Shown piece by piece: positions 1 to 12,301 of a DNA stretch of 33,529 bases; the stretch's first letter is position 1, and every line of letters begins with the position of its first letter. The stretch is from Intoshia linei (lineage: Eukaryota > Animalia > Orthonectida): the NCBI GenBank assembly GCA_001642005.1, contig LWCA01000290.1, positions 1 to 33,529 on the forward strand, given 5' to 3'. The notes below the pieces were generated by a model. That model worked only from the letters and a program-made list of their open reading frames with translations. It was not told where the DNA came from and did no database searches. The position numbers and the translations under genes were made by a program.

Positions 1-470
1 CCACTTTATTCCAATAACTACCAGTCTTAGAATTTTATAAAGTCCACATTTCAACTACAGTTTTTTTCCATAAATATAATAAGATAAATTTCAACCTCCC
101 AAACTTACATCTTACAGGTCAAAAACCCCAATTGTCCTTTTTTTTGAAAATCAAACGAGTTGGAGAATTTAAAAAGAATAGTTATATCCTGTTAACATAC
201 ACAAAAAATTTCAATCCGAATAAGTGACGACTTCACGGTAAAAAAAGCATTTAATTTGTATAGTTTTTTCCGAAATATTTTATTAACATTATTGTAAAAC
301 AAAAAATGTGAAATAATTAACGGTCCGAAAATTAAAAAAAAAAAATTATTCTGATAGAGCTTATTCCAGTTGATATAAATACAAAATTTCAACCCTGAAA
401 TCTACGCATTTCCGGTGAAAAATATTTTTTAATATATCAACTAATATCAAAACCAAATTTTTGTACATAT
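1..470 (+). mobile_element. Non-autonomous Helitron fragment (type I 5' module plus shared core; 5' end lies just outside the window)
   Basis: Collinear with the reverse complement of about 8300-8832 and 16200-16670 (e.g. ccactttatt...agtcttagaattttataaagtccacatttcaa; aatccgaataagtgacgacttcacggt; attattctgatagagcttattccagttgatataa). Right boundary approximate. Confidence 0.75.
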
Positions 471-907
471 ATATCGTTTAAAATAGAATTAAATGAATTT
501 TTAAAATTAAATGAAAATAATTGGTTTCTGATTGATGTATTTAGGTAAATATGATTACATAATAATATAATTAATAGTAATCAGAATTCAAGTGGTAATT
601 TTCCGGTTTAATTAATTATAATCCATCAATATTTTATTGATATTGAATTTGGAACAATTATTTCCAATTTTACAATAATTTCGATAAGACACTCTTAATA
701 TTAAGTTTTGAACAAAAATAAAATATATTGATATGATTCTCCATTAAATGGGGAGCATTTTCTGTATTTTTTATCAAAAAAGGTCAACATGACAGCCCAA
801 TGCTTATTGTAAATTAAATACAATTTTATTTATAATAAACAAATTTATATAAATATGTACAGTACATTTTAACAAATCATAGAGAAATACTGTTGCGAAC
901 TATGAAC

Positions 908-3020
908 TTATTGATTGGATGCTATTTCTGAGTTTTCATTAATTCTAAATGTAAATATGAATAAATTAAAAACAATAACGTTTTGAGACTAGATTTCCCG
1001 CTTGTCTATATATTGTATATATTTTACATAAATAATAAAAATATTTACCTCTATAGAATCCTTCTCGGATGTGCTTTCTGATTCTGTACGAAAGTCGGCT
1101 TTTCTTTCTATTTTATAAAATTTAAACAAACTGACAAACCAAATATTTAATTGTATTTATAATAATACCGACCAAACCATAAAATTGATAAAGGAAATTT
1201 CAGTAGTAATTGATTTGTTTATTAATTAGATTATTAATTGTTCATAATTTGTCAAAATAAAAACGATTCTTTAGTAATAAAATTATATCGTCATTATGGA
1301 ACGATAAATGTCAAATTTCTCTTTATCCCTTGCTTAAATAAAATTGAATGTCTGTCTGTGTTACGGTTTATTTGAAAAAATATATTCTGAGATGCGTTGG
1401 AAACGCATTAACATTGTCGTAAATCTTAGCCTCAGAAACTTAAATCTTCATGGTCAAAACCGCAAATTACCCTTTGTTTTAAAATTTCAAATGTCTCATA
1501 GTTTATAAAACATAAATTCTGATATATTTTTTTAAATTCTGATCATTATCATAAATCGCATTTATGTTAACGAATTTATGTGTTTGCCAAATTAATTAAT
1601 TCTTAATTATCAGTATTATTGATAAACAAAATATTATTTTTGACGTAACCAAGAATAACTATTTAATTCATGCAGTGTCAAACTTACCGTACAGAGACCC
1701 TCTTCGGGGTTTCGATGAAATGTTTGTAAAATTTTTCCAAATTGAGCATTAAAAAATTATTTACTTGAATTTTCAATTTCAAATGTCAAATTAAAAGTAT
1801 TAAAGAGGTGGCTAGAGGCTATATGACACTACGCATCGTCTATGAAAAAATTTTCTAGTATGTTATTTTTATTTTTGGTTGGCCTCGAGCATGGTAGATT
1901 CCTCGCTGAATTTATGGAATTAATAAATTTGTCCACCAATATTAATTAAAAAACCTTTACCTTGCAAAGTGTTTTTTATTCTTTCCAATTTTTTGACCTA
2001 CGTATTGTCATATTATTTAGATTAAAAAATAAACCATTTTTTTAGAAGATGTTCGATGAACGGCAAATGTAATGAGATTGGACATTTTGCGGATTTTAAA
2101 TCTCTTTTTTTCAGTTTCAATATCAATATCAATACGTTTGATGGTGTTGTTCAACTAATATACGTATAAATAAAATACCACGTAAATTAAAATATACGAG
2201 AAATGTATTGAATATATCGTTTCCAATTTATTAATAAAATAAAAAACAAAAAACCTTGTCTGCCTTGTACCAACCAATTTAAAAGATAAAATCATCTTAC
2301 ATGTAATAAAAAGGTACAGTATACAAATATATCATTTTTGTTAATAAAAAAAATATTTAAAAATTATATTTTCTCAGAAAGAAATTAAATACATTACTTA
2401 TAATGAATAAAATTAATATAATGATTAAAAGTAACTTATAATTCGGTAATTTCAACAATTGTTTCCGTTTAATAAAAATTTTTTTCATTATTTTTAAAAT
2501 TATCAACACTCAAAAGGATCCGTGTATGGGTCCTTCAAATATCGTATTAAATATTATGTACTAAAATACTTCTGTCAGATCCATAGAATTAGCAGAAGAT
2601 TTTTCCATATCTCCTTTACTGTTCTCATTAATATAATCAAAATAAGAATTGACAGAAATGTTTCGGCGTAACCTGAAAAGGTTACAGCTTGTTCTCTAAA
2701 CTGATATTAAAATAGAAGTATGTATCGGCGTCCATAAACACAGCAATTGGTCAAAATTTCGAATCTTATTGATAATTACTAGGGCGAGTTATTACAAAAA
2801 AGAACTTATGTAATTATTAATGTATTATTATTTGATGTAATTATTAATTACATTAGTCTTAGCCACTGTAAAACATATTTTTTTTAAAGTCAACCATTTG
2901 ACAAAAAACTACTAAATCAAAGACTATGCCATATATTACATTTTCGACAGCAGTAAGGTCTTCTAACTCTGTTTGCATTTCGTTGAATTGTTTTTCATAT
3001 AATAATTTTTTGGTAGTCAT
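908..3020 (-). CDS. Putative orphan multi-exon gene(s), unknown product; exon chain not resolved
   Basis: Several short open blocks bounded by GT/AG at typical intron spacing: MTTKKLLYEKQFNEMQTELEDLTAVEN (ATG 3020); LRRNISVNSYFDYINENSKGDMEKSSANSMDLTE (~2570-2672); LNNTIKRIDIDIETEKKRFKIRKMSNLITFAVHRTSSKKM / VKKLERIKNTLQ / ARNLPCSRPTKNKNNILENFFIDDA* (~2154-1829); KADFRTESESTSEKDSIE / TSGKSSLK / INENSEIASNQ* (~1105-908). No family recognised; may be 2-3 small genes. Confidence 0.35.
1326..1560 (+). mobile_element. Helitron 5'-terminal fragment (type II 5' module, internally deleted)
   Basis: Begins a|TCCCTTGCTTAAATAAAATTGAATGTCTGTCTGTG, matching 10736 (+) and 19284 (-); continues with attaacattgtcgtaaatcttagcctcagaaac...aaattaccctttgtttt as at 10981-11055. 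Confidence 0.7.
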
Positions 3021-3233
3021 TTTATTGAAATTTAAAAAGGTATCATCTAAATTTAGTCATCTATGAAAATATTTTTGATAAAAAACCTATAAATTCCTCA
3101 GTATCTGATATATTCCTGTCATCCTGAAATCCCGAAACTGCTACACTCATTTTATTTAGGAATATCAGCTGAATAAATATAAATAAATGTTTAATGACAA
3201 TGTTTAAGCAAACAAAAAAAATGAAATATAATT

Positions 3234-5762
3234 TTATAAATTGACTTCTACAGCTCGTTGAATAAGCCAGTCTAGAGCTGTTATTGTGTTTGTTAATCCA
3301 GGTTTTTTACAATCGGGCATAGAAGATACTTGAAAAATTTGCCATCTACGATTTTTTAATTTCTCCAACTGTAAATATTCAGAAATTGAATTGGAATCCA
3401 ATGAACCGACTAAGTCACGTTTGTTAGCCAATACTAACAGAGGCGCACCAATAAGTGGTTCTTCTTTAAGTAATTTGTGCAATTCTTTGGCACAATCAAT
3501 CATTCTGTCTCTATCACTAGAATCCACGACCCAAATTAAGCCATCTGTCGATTCAAAATAGTTTCTCCAAAATGTTCTCAAGGATAATTGGCCACCAACA
3601 TCCCATATATTTATCGTATAACTAAATTTTTATAATTACAGACTCAATTAGTTAATATTTTATCAGCATCCCAATATCCACGTAAATTGGAATGGGACCC
3701 AAATATAAGTATCATTAAATCAAGTACATTAAAGTGATCCAAGAAATGATTAATTTAGTTAAAATTATTACATTTCATCAATTGATTAATAAATTATTTT
3801 AGTCAAATACAGTAATAATTTAAACAAGATAACTAACAATTAAATGAATGTTGTGATCAAATACTGCAGTGCTTCCAAAAGTAATAAACGTCGTGAACCC
3901 AAAATTATACAATAGTTTATCATGTTATATATTTGAACGTTAATTAGTTTTTAAATAAATTTTTTACTACCAATTTTAAAAATATTTATTCGTTTTTATC
4001 GATCCATATTATCCTTAAAACTGGATTAAATTTTTTATTAAATTTTATTAATGGTGGAATGAAAGTGGTATTTTTAAAATAATCATGTAGCGGTCGTCTA
4101 GGCTTTGGGATAGATTCCCAACATCTGGGAACTCTGTAAAAATATTAAAAATTATGCAATAAAAATAAATAAAAGTTGATATTTTATTTGAATCTCACAG
4201 ACCCCAGGCATATAGTTTTGGACCCCTAGGAATCCAGGGGCACTAATCGGGAACCACTGATATAAACCTAAATAAATAGTACATTCATCTTATGATGACC
4301 CTTTTGGAAACACTGAGATAGATGGTGCAATGTGTAGTCAAATCAACAGTAAGGTTTCGTAGAAGGTTTGGCGTTCTTAAGGAAAACATTAAATAAATTT
4401 TAGATTTAATCCATCATCGTCAAATTAGCCAATAAGAGTTAATACAATTAAATATACATATTATTATTATTTACTTAAATTTAATTTAGAAAAATTTTTA
4501 TAAAAACTAATTTTGTTTAACCAAAAACCATCTTCTCTATGTAGTACATGTGGATACAGGGTCCAATAAAATTACAGGTCACTGGAAAATGCTAAATTTA
4601 AAAATTATACATTTTTTTCATTATTGTCAAGTAAGATATACAGTGAAATCAAGTAGAATACGTTAATTAAGTGGCGCAGGTCTCCACATAAAAATTTTTT
4701 TTGTTTTAAAGATCGCTATTCCAAGTTATAGGTCATAAATTTTTTAATCTATTGAACAATTTGCAGATTTTTAGTCTTGTTATATTTGAGCACATAAATA
4801 CTTAAAATTATAAAATTTCTTAAGCCATACTATTTTTAAACGCACTTTCAGTTAAACCTATTTTTAAATTTTTAATGATGTTATTAATTAAGGATTTATA
4901 GAAATTAATTATGCTAATCGCTTAAGAATTGCCGCAACATCGACAAACGATTCAAAGCATAGTCCTTAAACGCCAAATAAACCATATAAATTTATATTTC
5001 TCGGAATATCTGTAGATTATTTTTTTATTTTATCCAGGGTATAAAAATTTTAGTTTTTATGTAAATATATGTTACCGTCAGTTTGGAGTTTCAGTCATTA
5101 TGAAGTATTTTCTTTAATTTTAAATTTTTTCAATATCCATCATTTAAAAATACACTTTTATCAACCCTTATAGGAAAAATCCACTTATACCAACCCTTAA
5201 GGAAAAAATGCAATTTTACCAACCATTACAGAAAAAACACACTTTCATCGACCCCTAATAGAAAATCCACATAACCTTAAAAAAACTAAAATAAAGCAGT
5301 TCAATTCAAATAGAATTTAAAAAAAATTACAGATACAATTGTATCCTGTTAAAACACACAAAAAATATGCACATCATTATAATCGCAAAATTTGCTGATT
5401 GTTTTAATGTAAGTTATATTAATTTTCTTTTTTCAGTGTTGAACAATGTCCAATGGACAGTGTAATTAGATCATATTTTTAAGGCACTACAAAGCCTTTA
5501 CGACCTCTATATTGGATGAATTATGGAAATAAATATAAATTACTCGTTATGAACTACAGATTTTATTTGAAATCCCACTGTTGGAACAATTTTAGTGACA
5601 TCCTCATTTAAAATGTTATTGACAAAAGTGCTTTTTCCAGCATTGTCTAGTCCTCTATGTATTTAATTTAAGTCGACCTTTATAGTTTACAAAATACAAG
5701 ATCAAAATTCGCATTTCTTGAGATTTCCGTTTCAATTTTTTCAATATTGTATTCAATCCCAT
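3234..5762 (-). CDS. ARL2: ADP-ribosylation factor-like GTPase 2, about 187 aa
   Basis: Exons 5762-5698, 5654-5544, 3621-3234 (GT-AG introns of 43 and 1922 bp) give [31 protein letters not shown]...PTVGFQIK...NIWDVGGQLSLRTFWRNYFESTDGLIWVVDSSDR...LLVLANKRDL. P-loop, WDVGGQ and NKxD motifs present; WRNYFESTDGLIWVVDS is characteristic of ARL2. Confidence 0.95.
5146..5280. repeat. 29-bp minisatellite, about 4.5 degenerate units, in ARL2 intron 2
   Basis: Units start at 5146, 5175, 5204, 5233, 5262: aaaaatacacttttatcaacccttatagg / aaaaatccacttataccaacccttaagga / aaaaatgcaattttaccaaccattacaga / aaaaacacactttcatcgacccctaatag. Confidence 0.85.
5310..5366 (+). mobile_element. Short Helitron core remnant
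   Basis: tagaatttaaaaaaaattacag...ttgtatcctgttaaaacacacaaaaaat matches the reverse complement of about 8540-8600. Confidence 0.55.
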
Positions 5763-5977
5763 TTAATTTCAATTTTTAATTATTTTTATTTAACGATAAT
5801 AAAGTTTTATGTAATGGAATTAAGTTATTTTTATCGAAATATTGAAAAAATTTAATTACATTTGTACAATAAAAATTAAAATCCTTATTACAATAACAAT
5901 GTTACTGTATTAGAATTTGTATTTTTAAATTTTTACAACTCTTAATTTTTTAAATAATCGGAAACATTAAACATTAA

Positions 5978-6085
5978 TCCTTTCACTGTCTGATGCAATT
6001 TTATATAAAAGATATTTTAAATAAAAGAATAAAGTTTTTCAAAATTATGCTGTGTATATCATAGAATACACAGACAGTGAAAGGG
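5978..6085. mobile_element. piggyBac-type MITE, 108 bp
   Basis: TTAA|tcctttcactgtctg ... cagacagtgaaaggg|TTAA: 15-bp TIRs (14/15 match) flanked by TTAA on both sides. Confidence 0.8.
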
Positions 6086-6420
6086 TTAAATGATTAGACT
6101 TTATATACACTTGAACATTTGAAAGAAAATTGTAAACCTCTACTCAAAAAAAAAGTTGTGACGACTGCAGTAACAATAATATATTTTCAAAATGTTAGCT
6201 CCCTGGTACTTTACCAACTTTCAACCCTGATATATCGAATATTGACTTACATTATTTAAATGAAACCAACGATACATTACAATCTATAAAAAATACGTCG
6301 ATAAGTGTAATATGTCATTATCCATAATAATTTTTTATCATCAATGTTTTCATGGGCGACATAATACTATAAATTGTAAGTTGTATATTTTTGACTACTT
6401 TTACAAAGAAACATTCGCAC

Positions 6421-9400
6421 ATGTATATATTAATAAGATATAGAATTTTAAAATTGATTATATTAATTTTACTTGGACTATTTACAATTAAATATTTCCT
6501 ATTTAATGGATTAAAGAAGGTGAAATATGACGTAATAATAAACCATATGCAAAATAATATATAAATTTTAGAAACCAGTTCAAATGAAACGCGTAGAAAG
6601 CCAATTCATGTCTTATGAAACTCGGGATTTTGTTAGCCAATTCAATCTTTCAATTTTCAAATATTTTTATGAATCCCAAACATTTAAAAAAGGTATATCA
6701 TTCTATATAATATTCTAATATATAAGTAACAGATCATGATGCTTTTTATGCTGAATACTCCAAAGACGTTTACGGTTATAATTTGGACATGAGTGACAGA
6801 ATTTCATTAAACAGATTTATACCCGACCTTCGAGATGACTTGTAAGTAATTGATTTGGCTTATATAACACATTTAATTTAGATGTGGAATAGAACAATAC
6901 TACTCGGATTTACCTACTACTTCTGTCGTGATAGTGTTCCATAATGAGGGTATATTTATGAGTCATTTTAATTCATTAAATAAGGACTCAGCACTTTACT
7001 CAGGACTGTTCATTCAGTCATCAGGATGAGCCCTAGAAATCTATTAAAAGAAATCGTAATGGTCGATGATAATAGCGATAGAGGTGGAATTACATTTTAT
7101 AATAAACAATAATTTTATCTAGAAAACTTAAAATTTGAACTAGACAAATACATCGAAACGCACCTGAGACCAGTATTGAATGTAATCATATTCCGTAGTA
7201 ATGAACGTATTGGTTTAATTGAAGCCAGGAATACAGGAGCCAAATTGAGTAGTTCAGAAGTTGTTGTGTTTTTGGATGCACATTGTGAATGTAATTACAA
7301 CTGGCTTGTTCCTTTATTACAACCTATTGCAGAAAATAAGTAAAATTGACTCTATATTACATTTTAATATTGTTTTAATTTAAAACAATGTAACGTACAT
7401 TTGTAACATTTATACATTTAGTAACGTAATGACTGTGCCTTATATTGACGGAATTAATTATGAAAATTTTGATATAACCCGAGTGTATAGTCCAGGGAGT
7501 TATTTTAAGGGCATATTTGAATGGGGGATGCTGTACAAAGAAACCAGTATAAATTTCGAACAAATCAATAATAGGAAATCGCCAATAGAACCCTACGAGT
7601 AATTATGCAAAATTCATCTGTTTATAATAATTATTAGTTCTCCAACACATGCTGGAGGGCTGTTTGCTATAAATAGAAAATTTTTTGCTTCGTTAGGATA
7701 TTATGATTCTAACAATATCAAAATATGGGGAGGTGAAAATTTTGAACTCTCATTTAAGGTTTAATTATATTTACATGTATTATTCATCTTATACAACTCA
7801 GTTATGGATGTGTTCAAATGGATCAATAAAATGGGTACCTTGTTCGAGGGTGGCACATATTTACAGAATGAAAATGCCGTACAGTTTAGGAAAACAAAGT
7901 AGCAAAATTAGTCAAATTGAACTGGTTAATTTAATAATAATAACTAAGGTTGACTGTTATGTACTACGTATAAACAGCACCTAGCTCTGCAGAGGGCACA
8001 TTTTTATTATACCAAAAAAATAAATTCACGTTAAAAATATAACTTAAAAATCCTACTATTCACTATTATCAATCATTTAAAGGAGTGGTTTCCAAACTGG
8101 TTTCAGGTAGAACCATCATATCATATTGAACATTTAACAAAATGTTTAAAATGAGAATTTAAAATTTAAAAATTGCGAAGGAATGAATTATATAGATTTT
8201 CACCCATATTTCTTTATTGGAAATGTGTAGACGTTCAATGCACATTTTTTTTTGAAATTCTAGGATCAATATTTACATTTTAAATTTTTATTTTAATCGA
8301 AATATTTGAAAAATATTGGTTGATAATATATTAAAAGGATTTTTCACCAGGAATGCGTAGATTTCTGGGATTGAAATTTTGTAGTTATATCAACTGGAAT
8401 AAGCTCTATCAGAATAATCTTTTTTTTTAAATTTTCGGACTATTAATTATTTCACATTTTTTGTTTTCTAAAATATTTTGGAAAACAAAATGAATACTAA
8501 AATGCTTTTTGACATAGAAGTCGTCACTTATTCAGATTGAATTTTTTTGTGTGTGTTAACAGGATACAACTGTACCACTTGTAAATTTTTTTAAATTCTA
8601 GGGCTGTTTACATAAAAAAAAAGGTAATTTGTGGTTTTGGCCCTGAAGATATAATTTTTTTAAATTCTCTAACTTGTTTGATTTTCAAAATTAAGGACAA
8701 TTGGGGTTTTTGACCCGTAAGATGTGAGTTTGGAAGGTTGAAATTTATCTTATTATCACCCCCGGATAAAAACGGTAATTGAAATGTGGACTTTATAAAA
8801 TTCTAAGACTGGTAATTATTGAAATAAAGTGGAACATACACTCACACACAAACAAATATTGCGTAGCATATTATGTAAGTAAAGATAAATAAATTATTTT
8901 TATTTATTTTTAATACTTAGAACTATCAATACATAGCCGATACATGGATGGAGGAATACGCGGTTTATTACTACAGAAGAACACCATATATGGACTCTAG
9001 TGAAACATCAAAAATACGCGACAGAGGAAATTTAAAAAATTGCAAGACATTTCACTGGTTTATTAACAATGTAGCTCATGATATGCTACCCAAATACCCA
9101 TTTCCCGTTAGAAACGTCGTTTGGGGAGAGGTATATATTTTTTAGGTAAATATTTCAAATTAACAGATATCTAATAACAAAAAGTGTTGGGACGTCGGAG
9201 ATTATAATAAAGGTTCCAAAATTAATATTTATGGCTGCCATCATTTTGGAAATAACCAAGTAAATATTTGTGTATATAATGTCTACAACCGGGTGTCAAA
9301 CATACGAACTATTTCGAATTTAGTGCAACCCGCTACGATTTTGTATATGTATCTATGATGAATATACTATAATATACATTACATATATGACAATAAAAAA

Positions 9401-10491
9401 TTTTTGAAATCAAAGATAAAGAACAAACTTATGATTCTAAATTTATTTTAATTCATACTATATTTAATAGATACAATTATCTATAGTTATATAAAACTAG
9501 GTTGACTGTTATGTACTACGTACAAACAGCACCTAGCTCTGCCGAGGGAACATTTTTATTCTACAAAAAAAATAAATTCACGTTGAAAATCTAACTTGAA
9601 AATCCTACTATTCACTATTATCAACACAATTATCACATTACTTTTACTAAAGGTTATCTAATAAAGGACACAGTCTTCACAATCAAAACTGTACTTTTAT
9701 AATCAAAATATGTTAGACGTGAATAGTTAGTAATACTGAATACAGTATTAGATACCAAATTCATATTAAACCCTCTTTAAAATTTGGAACAATAAAATAT
9801 TTTTATAAAAATATGTAATCGGTACGTCATGCATATAGGATACATTAAAATTTTCAAAATTAATTTACAAATTGTTCCAATTCATTTATTAGTACGTTGG
9901 TATTTTTATTAACTCTTAGTTTTGATAAAAAACGTTATGTGATGATTTTTTCCTTTCATTTCGTCTGCCAAGTAAATTGTGTCTGACACCATTGCTCTAC
10001 CATAATGTTGCTAAGAATAATTTAGTTATTTCGATTAAATGAAAATGGCCAATTGGCAAGTGGAGAAAGATGCATAAACATTATTAACAACTTTGTAGTT
10101 GTTATATGGTGTGAAGGGTCCACATTAGGACCCTGGAATTATACGGTAATACTTATAATATAATACATTCATACTCAGTTAGATATTCATAGTGTGAGTT
10201 TTATAACTTATTAAACATAATTTAACTAATATTATCAACCAATAACGGAAAAAATTATTTTTCAAAATCGTGATACGATTCCATTTCACCAAAAGTGGGA
10301 TTTTTAATTTTTATAAAAATATTCAGACCGGCAAACAAATTACTCACAAAGATGGAAAGTGTATCCAAATTGTAAATAACAAATTAATTCCTGCAAATTG
10401 CACTTCTGAAAATGATCAGATATGGGAATTTACCGACAAATACATTATTGAATATTATTATGGTTCCAACAAAACAATTCCTTTGATATAA
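6421..10491 (+). CDS. GALNT7: Polypeptide N-acetylgalactosaminyltransferase, GALNT7/pgant7/gly-7-like, about 577 aa
   Basis: 13 exons (6421-6531, 6572-6692, 6733-6841, 6882-6949, 6985-7083, 7123-7339, 7422-7598, 7638-7758, 7802-7924, 8921-9130, 9167-9259, 10026-10145, 10327-10491), all phases consistent. N-terminal type [44 protein letters not shown] (DxH), [46 protein letters not shown]-terminal ricin-B lectin repeats. The exon 1 donor could alternatively be at 6520. Subfamily call rests on FEWGMLYKE and SPTHAGG. Confidence 0.93.
7944..8885 (-). mobile_element. End-to-end non-autonomous Helitron (942 bp) in GALNT intron 9
   Basis: Minus strand starts A|TCTTTACTTACATAA...TTTGTTTGTGTGTG and ends with a hairpin followed by TCAACCTTAG|T (CTAG variant). 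Sits between A and T with no TSD; no RepHel ORF. Confidence 0.85.
9497..9650 (-). mobile_element. Helitron 3'-terminal fragment in GALNT intron 11
   Basis: a|CTAGgttgaCTGTTaTGTACtacGTACAAACAGcacctagctctgccgaggg: CTAG terminus plus 10-bp stem hairpin, near-identical to 7944-8070. Confidence 0.8.
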
Positions 10492-10735
10492 TTGAACTCA
10501 TGTGGCGATTTAATGATATATTAATAAATAATTAATTAATGATATTTACCTACAGATGTGGATGCACCAGATGTATTATAATTATATCTATTAATAAATT
10601 TTAAAGTTTCAATACAATGTAAATGCTAAATTTATCGTTTCAAGTGTATCATATTACTTAATGTGTCAAAAAAGTGGCCATTGATAAGAACTTTGATTTT
10701 GGTTATTCTTTAGCCCATGAAAAGATTACATTGTA

Positions 10736-11510
10736 TCCTTTACTTATATAAAAATGAATGTCTGTGTGTGTAACAATTTATTGAAAAAATTGACTGTCGC
10801 AGGATTTAAAAAACCCAATTTCTAATACTGATTTTCCCAGGACGTGTTTTTATCCATTTTTCAGTTTCAGAATTTTAGTCCTTCAGGGTCAAAAATTAAA
10901 TTTCCCCTTTTGTTTAAAAAAAATCAGCCCAAAAATTTAATAAAACATACATTCTAGAAGACTCTGGACGTTTTAAAAGAATTAACATTGTCGTTAATCT
11001 CAGGCTCAGAAACGCATACTTTCATGGTCCAAACACCAAATTACCCTTTGTTTTATAAATGAAACATATCCTAAAATTGTTTTAAACGTAAATTCTGGGA
11101 TAGTTTTTAAAATCGTAAGTGGAAACATCAAAAAAATAATTTTCACGATCAAAACCCCACATTTATTTTTAAAAAGAAAACAGCCCTTGAATTTAAAAAA
11201 AATGTCAATCCGAATAAGTGACACCTTCACGGTCTAAAAAGTATTTTAATATTCTTTTTTTTTATTTTGAAACTATTGTATTAAAACAAAAAATGTGAAA
11301 TAATCAATGGTCCGAAAATTAAAAAAAGAAGATTATTCTGATTTATTCCATTCCATTTGATAACTTATTCTATTTGATAAAACCCCAGAAATCTACGCAT
11401 TCTCGGTGAAAATAATTTTTAATACTTTTATAATATTGATAATACCAATATTTTTCAAATATTTCGATTAAAATTAAAAAATAATCATCCTACAATTTCA
11501 AAAAAAATTT
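10736..11510 (+). mobile_element. 3'-truncated Helitron (type II 5' module plus core)
   Basis: Starts a|TCCTTTACTTATATAAAAATGAATGTCTGTGTGTG; collinear with the reverse complement of about 18450-19284. No hairpin-CTAG end seen. Confidence 0.8.
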
Positions 11511-12036
11511 AATTCTTAATCTTTGGAATGAACAATTTACCTGTAAATTTATAATATTAATCTGCGTAATATTCATAGTAATTTTGATTAATCTGTGAAA
11601 TTTTGACTTTTTCGAAATATATTTTTTAATGTTGCGGCCCGTCAAATTTGTAAAATTTATTTTGTGGCCTCAGCGGTAGTCAAAATCTACTCTTATCCCC
11701 TCTCTCCCTAGTTAACGATGAATAGCTTTTTATTCTATTATCCTCGCCATGTGTTTGGAGTCCAAACTTTGGACTGATCAAATCCTGATATAGTTTATTT
11801 TTTGGTATCAGAATTTCTTTTGTAAAATATTTCCCTAAATTTTGTGAGGGATCAAAAATCTAAACACCAACCCTAATCCAAGATAGAATCGACTTTTAAA
11901 GTTCATCTCCATTGGACTTTAAAAGTCAACTAAAATATAACATTTTTGATAATAAAAAAAGTTAAACCAGTTTAAAATATATTGAAACTAGTCTAAAAAG
12001 TTTACATAACTTGAAAAGATATATAAAATATTACAA

Positions 12037-12261
12037 ATGTCTGAAAACCAAGTAGATGTATTCACAATGTCAGATGTATGTCAAATGTTGAAGGAGTTTG
12101 TGGATGAAAAGCCAATAATGGTGGTATATACAGTCTGTTTTGTATTTCTTGCAGTATTGATAGTGTCAATGGGTTTGTACTATAATATTAGCCAATACAC
12201 AAAAAGTTGCTATAATTTGAATAACATGAAAAGAGATTTCGGGAATATGAAAAAAATGTGA
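12037..12261 (+). CDS. Putative small single-pass membrane protein, 74 aa, unknown family
   Basis: Intronless ATG ORF with A-rich start context (acaaATG), one hydrophobic segment (IMVVYTVCFVFLAVLIVSMGLYY), basic tail, and AATAAA 20 nt after the stop. Not in a recognisable repeat. Confidence 0.55.
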   Translation: MSENQVDVFTMSDVCQMLKEFVDEKPIMVVYTVCFVFLAVLIVSMGLYYNISQYTKSCYNLNNMKRDFGNMKKM

Positions 12262-12275
12262 TATTTGTAAAAATG

Positions 12276-12287
12276 TTTATTAATAAA
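12276..12287. terminator. Palindromic bidirectional poly(A) signal candidate TTTATTAATAAA
   Basis: Provides AATAAA on both strands within the 40-bp gap between the convergent stops at 12261 (+) and 12302 (-). Confidence 0.5.
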
Positions 12288-12301
12288 TTTTGTAATACTG
12301 C

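Noticed and set aside
192-392. ORF-track 66-aa ORF (likewise 11006-11230 and 19057-19254)
   Set aside because: Inside Helitron copies; F/I/K/N-biased; frames not conserved between copies; no Rep or helicase motifs.
4197-4260. Isolated hAT/Tc1-like terminal motifs (gggaaccactg ~4249-4259, tacagggt ~4555, caggggttcctaaa ~22300, gagaatggctg ~24757)
   Set aside because: Partner TIRs and TSDs could not be found, so element boundaries are unsupported.
5146-5280. CRISPR-like periodic repeat
   Set aside because: Head-to-tail units without unique spacers, no cas genes, and located in a eukaryotic intron.
7375-7563. Antisense or alternate-frame ORFs (7375-7563, 12716-12901, 13203-13406, 21862-22113, 22952-23185, 28360-28614, 28790-29062, 31532-31720, 32279-32521, 32656-32889)
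   Set aside because: They shadow exons of the identified genes and have no independent coding signal.
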